In this document: positions 21,752 to 33,700 of the stretch, in pieces | Numbering within the stretch: the first letter of the stretch is position 1 | Layout of the letters: every line of letters begins with the position of its first letter | Origin: Macrostomum lignano | Lineage: Eukaryota | Reading direction: 5' to 3' | DNA: 64,000 nt | NCBI GenBank assembly: GCA_002269645.1 | Contig: NIVC01001321.1 | Location: 28,858 to 92,857, forward strand | Position numbers and translations under genes: made by a program | Notes under the pieces: model-generated | The model's database searches: none | The model's input: the letters and a program-made list of their open reading frames with translations, nothing else | What the model was told of the DNA's origin: nothing

Positions 21752-22279
21752 TGTGGACTAGCCTGTACCATAAGTCTATAATAACTCAAATGCTAAACAC
21801 TTGTAATTAAAGAACTCAAACAACGCAGCAGTGTCAAAATTGATTTGGCATGAAACAAAATGTTTAAAATGAACATTGATACATCATATTAGCATGAGAT
21901 ATTTATTATTCAGGACAACAATGCGAAGCAGTATTGAATAAGTAAGCAGTTATAATCCACGTACATGAGCAGGTGGGCGGCACAGTATAACGCAACACAG
22001 TTCAATCAAACGAAGTTATTCAGATCCGCTGATTAAAAACTTCGACACCAAAAAAATGTTTCAAAATGTTTTGGCGCCATTCGTTATGAGCTCTATTTAT
22101 GAACCAATGCTGACAAGAAGTCGAGTTAAAAGTACACGCGAAACCAATTAGCTGCAGGCAAAAATTGGAACAAGCAATTATCTGTGCAAAGTTGCTCGGT
22201 AGAATTTCTGCCAAAGTCGCTTGAGAAATTTTGAGGGTAACGCAGATGAGACAGTGAGCGGAGTGTGATGCATTCATAT

Positions 22280-22670
22280 CTAACAGGTGCCCAAATCTAA
22301 CAGGTGTTAATATCTAACAGGTGTTCATATCTAACCGGTGTTCATATCTAACAGGTGTTCATATCTAACCGGTGTTCATATCTAACCGGTGTTCATATCT
22401 AACAGGTGCCCGTATCTAACAGGTGTTCATATCTAACAGGTGTTCATATCTAACAGGTGTTCATATCTAACAGGTGTTCATATCTAACAGGTGTTCATAT
22501 CTAACCGGTGTTCATATCTAACAGGTGCCCGTATCTAACAGGTGTTCATATCTAACAGGAGCTCATATCTAACAGGTGTTCAATCTAACAGGGGCAATAT
22601 TTAAAAGGTGTACGTGTACATATCTAACAGGTGTACATATCTAACAGGTGTTCATAACTACTAACAGGTG
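22280..22670. repeat. 17-bp minisatellite ATATCTAACAGGTGTTC
   Basis: About 21 units. Confidence 0.96.
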
Positions 22671-23269
22671 TTCACGGCGATGATATGCACTTCAACCATA
22701 AAAGTCAGCAGTGGGCTAATCTCACGCTCGCAGCTCGGAGGCTGAGGGGGATGAAGGATGCCAGGCGGAAGTGGCCCACATTTTGAGACCAGTCTGTGCA
22801 GATATACGCAGGCAAACGCGGAGCCAAGGGCATCACATCCGGGAACGTGATAAGGAATTCACGTCAAACAAACAAAAAGGCGATGCGGGATATTAAATTC
22901 GATTTTGCGTTGAAAACAGCCAGCAATCAAGGTACTACTTGGGAATCTTGTAAATGCACACGGGGTTCAAGGTAACAAAGCTCTTGAGATGAAGATTTCT
23001 GCATGTTTGAAAAAGCAATTTGAACAGCAATAAAAAGCACTGGGATGAGACTGGGAGTGAAGCATTGAGATTAACAAACTGGTGCGGTCACTGAACACTC
23101 GTTCCTGCGCGTGGTTACTGGGACTAGGGGCTGGAAGCACTGGCGGAGATTGGATCTTCTAGGAACTTCTAGAAGCTAATCTTTTCGAATAGCAATTAAA
23201 ATCTCAACCTCCTTTCCTCCAAATCTCCATGAAATAGAATCAGATTTAATATAAAACTTATCTAACTAT

Positions 23270-23800
23270 AATCCAATCTCACTCAACTAGAATGCAATCT
23301 CACCCAATTAGAATCCAATCTCACCCAATTAGAATCCAATCTCACCCAATTAGAATCAAATCTCACCCAATTGGAATCCAATCTCACCCAATTGGAATCC
23401 AATCTCACGCAATTAGAATCCAATCTCACCCATTTAGAATCCAATCTCACCCAATTAGAATCCAATCTTACTAAATTAGAATCCAATCTTAGAATCCAAT
23501 CTTACTAAATTGGAATCCAATCTCACCCAATAAGAATCAAATCTCACCCAATTGGAATCCAATCTCACCCAATTAGAATCCAATCTCACCCAATTAGAAT
23601 CCAATCTCACCCAAGTAGAATCCAATCTCACCCAAGTAGAATCCAATCTCACCCAATTAGAATCCAATCTCACCCAAGTAGAATCCAATCTCACCCAAGT
23701 AGAATCCAGTCTCACTCAAGTAGAATCCTATCTCACCCAATTAGAATCCAATCTCACCCAAGTAGAATCCAATCTCACCCAATTAGAATCCAGTCTCACT
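23270..23800. repeat. 21-bp minisatellite AATCCAATCTCACCCAATTAG, immediately 3' of the EGFR stop
   Basis: About 25 units. Confidence 0.96.
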
Positions 23801-23890
23801 AATCCAATCCTGACTCTGACTAACCACGCAGAAATGCGATATTTAGTCTCACTTTTACACGCCCGCTGCTCACAAGCCAACACAGTTTTA

Positions 23891-26800
23891 TCAAACAGGC
23901 GGAGGTGGAGTCGGCGCAGGCGGCGACCGAGCGCTTCTGGTGCTGCTGGATCGGCGGGACAGCGGCGGCGGCGGCGGCGGCGGCGCCCTGGGCCCGTTAG
24001 CGCTGGGCCTGCAGTTGCCCGGGGAAATGGAGTGGGCCGGTCCCCCTGGCGGACTTCGCGTCGAGTTGAAGAAATACTCCGGATTCTGAAAGGTCGGCGT
24101 CTCCACCGTGGCGGCCAACGGTGGAGGCGGCAACGGCGGCGGCGACGGCGGCGGCGACGGCGGCAGCGCCGGCAGCGGCCCGCGCGAGGCCGAGGAGCCG
24201 CCACGTTGCAGGCTGATGGGCTGCAGGTAGCCTTCTGGCGAGTCGGCGCCCTGGTGGCACGGATCCGAGGTGTACGAGTTGTCGTTGAACACAAATTTCT
24301 GGGGCTGCCTGCCGCTGCTGCTGGCCTTGCGGCTGTGCGGCGGGGGCGGCGGGGGCAGCGGCGACTGTCTGGCTGGCAGAGTCGTCGCCGTAGCTGACGC
24401 CGACGTCGATGGACCGTCGACGAAGGCAGTCTCGGCCTCGGCAAACACGTGGTCGCTGCTGCTGCCGCCGCCGCCGAGGCTGGCGTCGAGATAGTCGATG
24501 CTGGGACTGGTTGCCGCGGCGCCGCCGCCCGCCGCCGCCATCTCGGTGCCCTGCTCGTGATGGTCGAGGGTTGTGTAGCTGAGCTCCGGCTGCCGGAAGG
24601 CGGCGGCAGCGGCGGCCGCGGCCGAGGACGGCGACCGGACCGGCTGGTGCCGGGGCGGCGATTCGTTGCCCTCCTCGCACCCGCTGGACTGCCGCTCTGC
24701 CGACGAGCCGGCCTCCGAGTTGCTGCTCCTAGAAGCGTTGCGGGCAAACCGGTCGCCCTGGATGTACACGTAGCGAGCGGGGTCGGTGGCCATCTTCTTG
24801 AACTCGATCTCCATAGAGTCGAAGCTCGGCCGGTGCTGGTCGTTGAGCATCCAGCACTTGATCATGACCATGTAGACATCGAGCGTGCAGATCGGCGGCT
24901 GCGGCAGGCGCTCGCCTTTCTCAAGGTAATCGGCGATGTCCTTCGGCTTCACGTTGGCGTAGGGCGGCTCGCCGAAGGTGAAAATCTCCCACAGGGTGAC
25001 GCCGTAGGACCAGACGTCGGACTTGTGCGAGAACCGGCGGGACACCAGCGACTCCAGGGCGAGCCACTTCACCGGCAGTTTGCCCCCAGAGGCCGTGTAG
25101 GCCTCGTTGGGCTCGTCAAGCAGTTTGGCGAGGCCGAAGTCGGTGATCTTGACGTTCTTAGCGGAGGCGACCAGCACGTTGCGGCAGGCCAAGTCCCGGT
25201 GGATGATCTGGCAGCGCTCCAGGTAGGCCATGCCGCTGGCGATCTGGGCCGCGTAGCGCAGCAGGTGGCTGCTGCCAATCTGTGAGGTGTCCTTGCGAGC
25301 CCTCAGGTAGTCCCTGAGATTGCCCATCGGCATGAACTGCGTGATGAGCTGCAGCGGCTGCGTCATGCAGATGCCCACCAGGCGGACGCAGTGCGGATGG
25401 TCCACCGAGGCCATGATCTTGCTCTCCTCCAGCAGCTCGCTGGACATGCCGGTGTCCCCGGAGTCCGTCAGGATCTTGATCGCCACCGAGATTTTCCTGT
25501 GCTCCGCCTCGGAGATCCACTCGCCTTTGTAGACGGTGCCGAATGCGCCCGAGCCGACCTCGCGGCCGCGGACGAGCTCCTTCTCCGAGATGGTGATGAG
25601 GCTGCCGCGGTTGGGCAGCGTGGAACCGTCCGGCGGCTTCAGCGGCTCCAGGTCGTCGTCCGCCGACTGGTCGAACGCCGTCCGCTTGCCGCGCTTCGCC
25701 CCGTCCCGCTGCTGCATCCAGTAGCAGACGAAAACGGCGATCACGGCGATGATCAGCACCACCAGGGCGAGAACAACCGCCACGGCGACTGTTGAAGAAG
25801 CTTGAAACAGGCTGGAATCCTCGCGCTCGATGTCGCGCACCTCAAGCGGACTGCCGGAGCAGGTCAGGGCCTCCAGCCGGTCAAAGAACACCTGGTACGA
25901 ATGCGTCCTCGGGCAGCGTTGGACGCAGGTGAAGGCGGAGTGCTCCGGCCTGGAGTAGTTCAGCAGCTGCACGTAGGCGGCTGGCTGGCACTTGTGGCAG
26001 TCCTGGATGCGCGGCCCCGTACAATTGCCGCACCACTGACGGCACGGCAGGCAGGTGCGATTCGAGTGCACCGGGTAGTAGCCGGTCGGACACGTCGGGC
26101 TGCCTTCTTCGTCCCGGCCGGAGCAGCGGACACCCGCGCGGGCTGGTGGCTCCTCGCCGGCCGAAGGAGCAATCGTGTAGTAGCGACACTCTGAGCAGTC
26201 CGACGCGCTCTCCGAGCAGCGGAGGCATCTCGAGTCGCACTTCCGGCAGATGGACACAGACAGCGAAGCGCGCTTCTGCAGACTGAGAAAGTCGTCTAAC
26301 AGGCCGTCGCTCTGCTCCCGATTGGGGTCCAGAGCGGACAGGTAGTGCCCGATGGGGCAGGAGTCGGCCAGGCGGTGGCACTGCAGCACCAGGCTGGAGT
26401 CGGTTGGCGACAGCTTGATCGGCATGATGAGGGTGCAGAACTGGCATCCGCCCTGGCCAACTATGGTGGCATTGCCTGTGCAGGTTGGCAGGCCGAGGCC
26501 CACCTTGGCGCACACCTGGGGACACTTGCGACAAACTCTGTTGGAGTCCGGGTACTGATAGTCCCGGTTGCAGCTGGGGAGGCACTGGCTGCCATCAAGG
26601 TAGAGGCCCGGAACGCAGCGGCTGCAGTCCGTGCTGGTCGGGCCTGTGCAGCCGGCGCAGCTGCGGTGGCAGGGGCTGCAGACTCGCTCGCTGACGTTGC
26701 CGACGCCCAGCTGAACGCTCCGGCCAGCGTCGAACCAACCGGGCGCTGTCGGCGGCGAGGCGGCAACGGCGTCGCAGGCGGACATGCAGACGCTTCCCCC

Positions 26801-28531
26801 ACGGACGCCGGTGCAGCGGACGCAGGCGTCGGGCCCGGGGCCCCAGCAGCCGTAGCTCCGGTCGCACTGACTGTGGCAGGCGGCGGATTGGCTGTAGGGG
26901 CAGCCGGAACGCAGCTGGCCATTTTTGAGCTTCTCAGCGATGGCATTATCGATTCTCACTAAGCCATTCTTCGAAGCGTTTCTGAACTGGATCAAGCCGT
27001 CCGCGAAGGCCCGGTCGGATGGCAGGAAGCCGGGGCAGTAGGAAAATGTAATGTTGGAAGAAGCGGTTGGCCTGGGCATCAGGGCGATTATGATTTCGGT
27101 TGAGATGACGTGGCGCAAGGAGGAGAGGCCCAGGAACTGGATGTGCTCGGAGTTCACAAAGATGTGCTCCATTGAGCGGCCGGGTGTCACGTCCAGGCGC
27201 TCCAGCTTGGACAAGAAGGTCAAGTTGGTGACTTCGGGAAAGTCGCGCAGGTTGATTTGCGCACTGCCGCGGAGCACGCGGAGCCGGCTGAACATCTTGT
27301 ACAGCTGGGCCAGCGTGAGCCGCCTCGCGCCGAATAAACTCTTCTCCGAGAAGCAGACGGAATTGATGACGAATTGGCCGATGTACTCTGTGCAGAGTCG
27401 GCTCTCATTAGTCAAGCCCTCCATCAGGGGGTTATCGACTCCGCAGATGAAGGAGCCCGAGTCGACGGGCGCCCGGCAGATGTGCGAGGCCACGGTCGGC
27501 ACGCACTGGTTGTCGGCGTTGGCCGAGAGTCCGTCGGTGCACTTGCTGACGCAGGCGTCCACCTGGATGAAGAAGGAATCTGGGCAGCGGGCGGTGCACA
27601 CGGGCCCGTAGGAGTAGAGTTTAGTGGCCGACTGAATGTGCTGCGTCTTTGCCGGGTCGTAGACGGTCTTCAGGCTGCAGGTGTCCACGCAGGTGCCGTT
27701 GGAGTTGAACTTCCGGCAGCCGAAGCACTGATTAGACTGGACGCCGAAGCAGCCGCCGAGGCACTGCTCGGAGCAGCAGCGCTCCGTCTTGGCCGATTCC
27801 ATGAAGCAGCGCTGCCGAGGGCACTCCCGCTGGGACACGGAGACGCAGCGGGACCGGGCCTGGCACTGGTCCGGCCCGGGGCCCCAGCAGTGCCGCCGGC
27901 CGTCGCTGGGCCACACCGGACAGTCCGGGTGGCAGCGGTCGGCCAATCCTGTGCAGTTCGTACTCGGTTTGACAGTCTGGATGCGAGTGTCGCGAAACAG
28001 CTCTTCACTGTTGATGAATTTCTGCAGGTAGCAGTCGGTGACGTTTTCCAGGTAGATGTTACCCTGTCCAATGTAGCGCAGGCTGCGTAGGTCCAGCGGC
28101 GGCTGCTTCAGCCGGCAGGATTTATCGGTGTGCAGCACAACAAGGCTGGAGTTGCCCAGATGCGTCGAATACGAGCAGTCGCGGCCGCGGATGATGCGCA
28201 GGCTTTTGAAAGAGAGCGGCGTCGAGTAGCAGGAGCCGATAATCCACAAGCAGCCGGTGATCTCCTCGATGTCGTCCAGGAAGCTGAAGTCAAAGCTCTT
28301 ATTAGCCGCTTTGAGTTCGTTCTCGTCAATGTCAAGAATGTGCACGTGGCCGATGACGAACTTGCAGTTGGAGAGGCGCTTGCGCAGGAGTATCATGTTG
28401 CTGAGGCTGCCAGTGCCCGTCAGGTCGGCTTCCTTGGTGCCTGAGCACACCGGAGGATTGTAGGCGGCCTCGTTGAGCACAACCCAGCTGCTCAGCAGGA
28501 CCAGGCAGACTGATCGGTATAAGCTGGACAT
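23891..28531 (-). CDS. EGFR: EGF receptor family tyrosine kinase, single-exon ORF, 1546 aa
   Basis: Signal peptide; L1-furin-L2-extended furin ectodomain (CWGPGPDQC, CWGPGPDAC); TM VAVAVVLALVVLIIAVIAVFVCYW; kinase GSGAFGTVYKG, VAIK, HRDLACRN, KITDFG, GKLPVKWLALES, SDVWSYG; Tyr-containing tail (DYLD, EGYLQP, FQNPEY). Confidence 0.97.
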   Translation of the reverse strand: MSSLYRSVCLVLLSSWVVLNEAAYNPPVCSGTKEADLTGTGSLSNMILLRKRLSNCKFVIGHVHILDIDENELKAANKSFDFSFLDDIEEITGCLWIIGSCYSTPLSFKSLRIIRGRDCSYSTHLGNSSLVVLHTDKSCRLKQPPLDLRSLRYIGQGNIYLENVTDCYLQKFINSEELFRDTRIQTVKPSTNCTGLADRCHPDCPVWPSDGRRHCWGPGPDQCQARSRCVSVSQRECPRQRCFMESAKTERCCSEQCLGGCFGVQSNQCFGCRKFNSNGTCVDTCSLKTVYDPAKTQHIQSATKLYSYGPVCTARCPDSFFIQVDACVSKCTDGLSANADNQCVPTVASHICRAPVDSGSFICGVDNPLMEGLTNESRLCTEYIGQFVINSVCFSEKSLFGARRLTLAQLYKMFSRLRVLRGSAQINLRDFPEVTNLTFLSKLERLDVTPGRSMEHIFVNSEHIQFLGLSSLRHVISTEIIIALMPRPTASSNITFSYCPGFLPSDRAFADGLIQFRNASKNGLVRIDNAIAEKLKNGQLRSGCPYSQSAACHSQCDRSYGCWGPGPDACVRCTGVRGGSVCMSACDAVAASPPTAPGWFDAGRSVQLGVGNVSERVCSPCHRSCAGCTGPTSTDCSRCVPGLYLDGSQCLPSCNRDYQYPDSNRVCRKCPQVCAKVGLGLPTCTGNATIVGQGGCQFCTLIMPIKLSPTDSSLVLQCHRLADSCPIGHYLSALDPNREQSDGLLDDFLSLQKRASLSVSICRKCDSRCLRCSESASDCSECRYYTIAPSAGEEPPARAGVRCSGRDEEGSPTCPTGYYPVHSNRTCLPCRQWCGNCTGPRIQDCHKCQPAAYVQLLNYSRPEHSAFTCVQRCPRTHSYQVFFDRLEALTCSGSPLEVRDIEREDSSLFQASSTVAVAVVLALVVLIIAVIAVFVCYWMQQRDGAKRGKRTAFDQSADDDLEPLKPPDGSTLPNRGSLITISEKELVRGREVGSGAFGTVYKGEWISEAEHRKISVAIKILTDSGDTGMSSELLEESKIMASVDHPHCVRLVGICMTQPLQLITQFMPMGNLRDYLRARKDTSQIGSSHLLRYAAQIASGMAYLERCQIIHRDLACRNVLVASAKNVKITDFGLAKLLDEPNEAYTASGGKLPVKWLALESLVSRRFSHKSDVWSYGVTLWEIFTFGEPPYANVKPKDIADYLEKGERLPQPPICTLDVYMVMIKCWMLNDQHRPSFDSMEIEFKKMATDPARYVYIQGDRFARNASRSSNSEAGSSAERQSSGCEEGNESPPRHQPVRSPSSAAAAAAAAFRQPELSYTTLDHHEQGTEMAAAGGGAAATSPSIDYLDASLGGGGSSSDHVFAEAETAFVDGPSTSASATATTLPARQSPLPPPPPPHSRKASSSGRQPQKFVFNDNSYTSDPCHQGADSPEGYLQPISLQRGGSSASRGPLPALPPSPPPSPPPLPPPPLAATVETPTFQNPEYFFNSTRSPPGGPAHSISPGNCRPSANGPRAPPPPPPPLSRRSSSTRSARSPPAPTPPPPV

Positions 28532-30204
28532 TGTTCAGATGTATGAACCGAGATTTTCTTAGTAACGGCGACGGCCCATCGAGGCGAAGAGGCGCAAGGC
28601 AGTTCGGCCGCGGGGAAAGAAGAGATTTGCAGACAGAGTAACAGAAGATAACACACAGACGCAACGCCAAGAGGACCCTTGACTCTCTTGCTCTGGCACT
28701 CTGCTCTGCCTGTTCGCTCCATGCCGCGGCAAGCCTTCTTCGCTTCGGTTTGTAAAGCAGCCAACTGCGCCCACCCGCCCCGGCTCCGCTGGCGGCCAAT
28801 GAGAAGCCAGCAAGGGTGCCTCGGACTCTACGGAGTCAGCAGGGACAGAAAGAAATGAAAGCCAAGTCTCCGTCATACCAAAAGAGGTGTAGGTGTATTA
28901 TAGAGAGCTCCTCTGTCTGCTGATACCGGGGGCCATGGATCTCCGATTAAGCCTAGCATCTGGATTAGAAACTTGTTAATTGCCAGGTCAGCAATGTGCA
29001 ATCATTGCAGAGGAGCGGAAGTCTTGGGCGACAGGCAGCAATTGGCTGGGTAGTCACAGTTAGCAGTCTGACCGTCACACCTCATCCTCAAAGCTTTATT
29101 AAATATGGGGCAGGCATTTGATTGCTTGCTCGGCAAACTCCCGCCCAGGAAGCCTCTCTATCCTTTGAAACTTCGAAAGGAAACCCCGAATGTTTGTGTC
29201 TCTTCTCAGCTCTCTCCTCTCCTTTTATCTCCCAATTTATCTCTTATCTCATCTCTCCTCTCTAGCTTCTCTCCTCCATTCTCTCTTTTTTCCTCTGTCC
29301 TCTGGCCCGCTGCCATGAGCTGGATTCTTTATCCGGCCATCTCTGACTCTGGGCCTCTCCAGATTCTGGCCGCGGGTCTCCCTGCTCCAGGGCGGCCGGG
29401 GGCCACTCCGCAATGACTTCTTACACGGGACCAGCCAGAGACGAGAGATGAGACGAAAACGGTGAACAATGAGCAGGCGGGCGGGGGGGGGCTGAGATGC
29501 GGTTAATAATTTCGCTCAGCCAAGAGTGCCCAGATGATGCAGATACTAAACAGAGAGGCGGACAACTGGGTTAAGGCCAGATTCGCAAGCTGAAGTAGAA
29601 AAATAATAGAAACAGAACTTGTGCGCTGCAGCAGGAGGCAAATAAGAGCGAACAAAGCCTTGGCCAGGGAGCTGTGTACGCGGGCCACGTCTCACTCACC
29701 CCAGCAGGTCTCTGTACTCAGGTTGGGTGCAAATAGCACAGGGCCAAAATTATCTATGAGCGCACTGCATGGGCTCGCGCTGTACAGCTTGAGGCAGCTC
29801 AGCTGTCACAAATTCTAGTACAGGTTTTTAACCACGCCTGTGCTGCGGAATTTTTATCTATAGCTGGAATTTAAAAATCTGCGCCCAAGTATGGAAACAG
29901 TGCGAGCGTAGGGCCCGTGTGTAATGCTGCTTTCCATACAGGGGGCTGAAAGCTGCGCTGGGATATTTGGAATAGCACAGATAGCATTAGGAGACTAAGA
30001 CACCTACCTGCACTGCATAGATCTATAGCCACAGGTATAGAATGGGAGAATAGAACTGAGATGAGACAAGAGTAGATTGAGAGCGCTACAATTCACTCCC
30101 GACAATTCAGTTTGAGTTAGGGTTTAGGGTTTAGGAAATTCCGTTAGGATTTAGGTTCGGCATTCAGTTGTTACAGACCTGAGTAGATGAGATCCAAGGC
30201 TACT

Positions 30205-30935
30205 GAGATGAGAGAGATGAAGACGAGAGGCTGTGTGATTCAGATCACAGATGAGAGATGAGAGATGAAGACGAGAGGCTGTGTGATTCAGATCATAGAT
30301 GACAGGTGAGAGATGAAGACGAGAGGCTGTGTGATTCAGATCACAGATGACAGGTGAGAGATGAAGACGAGAGGCTGTGTGATTCAGATCATAGATGACA
30401 GGTGAGAGATGAAGACGAGAGGCTGTGTGATTCAGATCACAGATGACAGGTGAGAGATGAAGACGAGAGGCTGTGTGATTCAGATCATAGATGACAGGTG
30501 AGAGATGAAGACGAGAGGCTGCGTGATTCAGATCACAGATGAGAGATGAGAGATGAAGACGAGAGGCTGTGTGATTCAGATCACAGATGAGAGATGAGAG
30601 ATGAAGACGAGAGGCTGTGTGATTCAGATCATAGATGACAGGTGAGAGATGAAGACGAGAGGCTGTGTGATTCAGATCATAGATGACAGTTGAGAGATGA
30701 AGACGAGAGGCTGTGTGATTCAGATCATAGATGACAGGTGAGAGATGAAGACGAGAGGCTGTGTGATTCAGATCATAGATGACAGGTGAGAGATGAAGAC
30801 GAGAGGCTGTGTGATTCAGATCATAGATGACAGGTGAGAGATGAAGACGAGAGGCTGTGTGATTCAGATCACAGATGAGAGATGAGAGAGATGAAGACGA
30901 GAGGCTGTGTGATTCAGATCATATATGAGAGATGA
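30205..30935. repeat. 48-bp minisatellite GATGACAGGTGAGAGATGAAGACGAGAGGCTGTGTGATTCAGATCATA
   Basis: Period 48 (30721, 30769); about 15 units. Confidence 0.97.
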
Positions 30936-31629
30936 GAAAAGCATACAAAAGAGGAGAGCCAATACACACACAGGATGGAGCAGACAAGAGTCCAGGGAAG
31001 ACACATCGCGCAACGTGATGAAGCAGAACGCAAAGGAGGCAGGCAGACGCAAAAGGCGGGGGGACACGGAGATAGGGAGTGAGCAATAAATAATGAGCGG
31101 TGCACCAGCTGCAATGACGGCAGGATTCGGCTTGAGAGTTTCCATCCCGGTCTCTAATGAAAATAAAGGCGGAGAGGAGAAGGAGGCAGAGAGACTCCAG
31201 CGGCAGAACTTGGCCCAGCGAGGGGATTCGAGATTTTATTTACTGAGGAGGGGAGAAGGGGAGAGGAGGTCAGGAGACGCGGGCCTGAGAAGTCAATTAT
31301 AGTGTTATCAGCTGGGCTGGGCAGTGGCGATCTCCAACTTAAATAGGAGAGCAGGATCCGAGCGCCAGGGCCGGCCCAGCGAGCTGACAGACACCTCAGA
31401 TAAAGAAGCTCGGTTATTATAATGCGAGTCAGTGGCTTGAAGATTCATACTAAATTTGACTTCGATTTTGAATGCGTCATGGACTGGGAAGCCTGCGGTG
31501 CAGAAGATAAGCCAAACCTGGCAACTAGAAATTAGAAGCGAGTTGAAACAAAGACTAGAAAATGCATGGCTCATCAGGAGATTCCCAAAAATGTTTCGCT
31601 CCGCCAACTTAGAACTCCTCCCCAACGCA

Positions 31630-31890
31630 AAGCACTGCAGAAACTCCAAAAACCACAACAGCAACTCCAATACCACTACAGCAACTCCAAAAACCACAAT
31701 AGCAACTCCAAGACCACTACGGAAACCCCCGAACACTACCGCAAAAACTACACAAACTACTGCAAAATCTACACAAACTACAGCAGAAACTACACAAACC
31801 ACAGCAGAAACTACACAAACCACAGCAGAAACTACACAAACCATAGCAGAAACTACACAAACCACAGCAGAAACTACACAAACCACAGCT
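31630..31890. repeat. 21-bp minisatellite CACAGCAGAAACTACACAAAC, degenerate toward the left
   Basis: Directly visible. Confidence 0.9.
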
Positions 31891-32244
31891 ATGTTGTTCC
31901 ACAGCTTCCAAAAGTAGAAAATTTAGCCTGTGTATGAAGTTTGCACACAACAGGTAGTTCTGCAAAACCCGCTTATCTGACGGAGAATATCTTCATTCTA
32001 AAGAATAAGCCACGCTAGCAACAAACTGCCCCCGTTATATTATCCTTTCTACCTTTCTAGCCTTCTGAAAAGCGTATCATTTACTTTTATACTGCATTTC
32101 TACTATTCATAGGCACACTCTATTTACTAAAAAATTAAAACTCAAAGCTGTTTCTGCGAGTGATAAAATGAATGCGACTCACTAGGATGGCTTCCTGCAG
32201 CTATGATGGAGGCGTCTTTGCTGAGTGAAGGGCATTCTGTACTT

Positions 32245-32725
32245 CTCTGGCACCTCTGCGCCCTTTCTGGCACCTCTGCGCCCTTTCTGGCACCCCTGAG
32301 CCCTTTCTGGCACTCATGAACCCTTTCTGGCACCCATGAACCCTTTTTGGCACCCATGAACCCTTTCTGGCACCCATGAACCCTTTTTGGCACCCCTGCG
32401 CCCCTTCTGGCACGCCTGAGCCCTTTCTGGCACCCATGAATCCCTTCTAGCGCCTATGAACCCTTTCTGGCACCCCTGCGCCCTTTCTGGCACCCATGAA
32501 CCCTTTCTGGCACCCCTGCGCCTTTTCTGGCACCCATGAACCCTTTCTGGCACCCATGAGCCCTTTCTGGCACCCCTGAACCCTTTCTGGCACCCATGAA
32601 CCCTTTCTGGCACCCCTGCGCCTTTTCTGGCACCCATGAACCCTTTCTGGCACCCATGAGCCCTTTCTGGCACCCCTGAACCCTTTCTGGCACCCATGAA
32701 CCCTTTCTGGCACCCCTGCGCCCTT
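32245..32725. repeat. 20-bp minisatellite CCCTTTCTGGCACCCMTGMR
   Basis: About 24 units. Confidence 0.96.
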
Positions 32726-33294
32726 ATAGATTCCTTGCACCGTACTATGCGAGGACTGCCTAATACTGAAAAAAGCTGCTTTCAATTAATTAATCAAAGT
32801 CTCCGCAGCCGCCAAGGCTGCCCCATTTGCAGGACAATTTGCAGTTGTTATTCACGTTTGAAAAACTCAAACTAAGTTCTACAGCCTCCCGAGAGTCGAA
32901 GCGAGCAGGAAAAGTAAAAAAGAGTTATTTTGTTTTATCCTGTTGCCTAGGATATTGAATTATGCGAATCAGACAGCTGGTAGCGCAGCCCTATCATTAT
33001 TGCGCTGATCCGTACTTCCAACTTCCGGTCTGAAGATGAGAGTCTGTTTGAGCAGGAGGCTAATCAACAGAGAGATGTCGCATTAAGTACAAGATATCCA
33101 AATTGACAACAATTATTTTTCAATTTAGATTATTTTTCAATGCCACCAGGAGGCTGCAGGAGTCGTTTACGGGAAACTCTGCTTTTGCAACAGACGGCGA
33201 AAAATTTCAGAGGTAACCCAGCTTTGCAAGGTGTCGGGAAGGTAAACAATGTATCCGGTATAATAAGGATTGTGCGTTGGGGAGAAATGCGGTA

Positions 33295-33700
33295 ATGTCA
33301 GTAAGGATGTGGGGTGTCAGTAAGGATGTGGGGTGTCAGTAAGGATGTGGGGGTGTCAGTAAGGATGTGGGAGTGTTAGTAAGGATGTGGGGTGTCAGTA
33401 AGGATGTGGGGGTGTCAGTGAAGATGTGGGGTGTCAATAAGGATGTGGGGTGTCAGTGAGGATGTGGGAGTGTTAGTAAGGATGTGGGGTGTCAGTAAGG
33501 ATGTGGGGTGTCAGTGAGGATGTGGGGGTGTCAGTGAAGATGTGGGGTGTCAATAAGGATGTGGGGTGTCAGTGAGGATGTGGGGTGTCAGTAAGGATGT
33601 GGGGTGTCAGTAAAGACGTGGGGTGTCAGTAAGGATGTGAGGTGTCAGTAAGGATATGGGGGTGTCAGTAAGGATGTGAGAGTGTCAGTGAGGATGTCAG
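33295..33700. repeat. 19-20-bp minisatellite GTCAGTAAGGATGTGGG(G)GT
   Basis: About 20 units. Confidence 0.95.

Noticed and set aside
24270-28444. Numerous plus-strand and alternative-frame ORFs overlapping EGFR
   Set aside because: Expected shadows of a GC-rich coding sequence; no recognisable domains.
31456-31937. Thr-rich mucin-like ORF (TTAETTQ repeats)
   Set aside because: Derived from the 21-bp array; no signal peptide; open in several frames.
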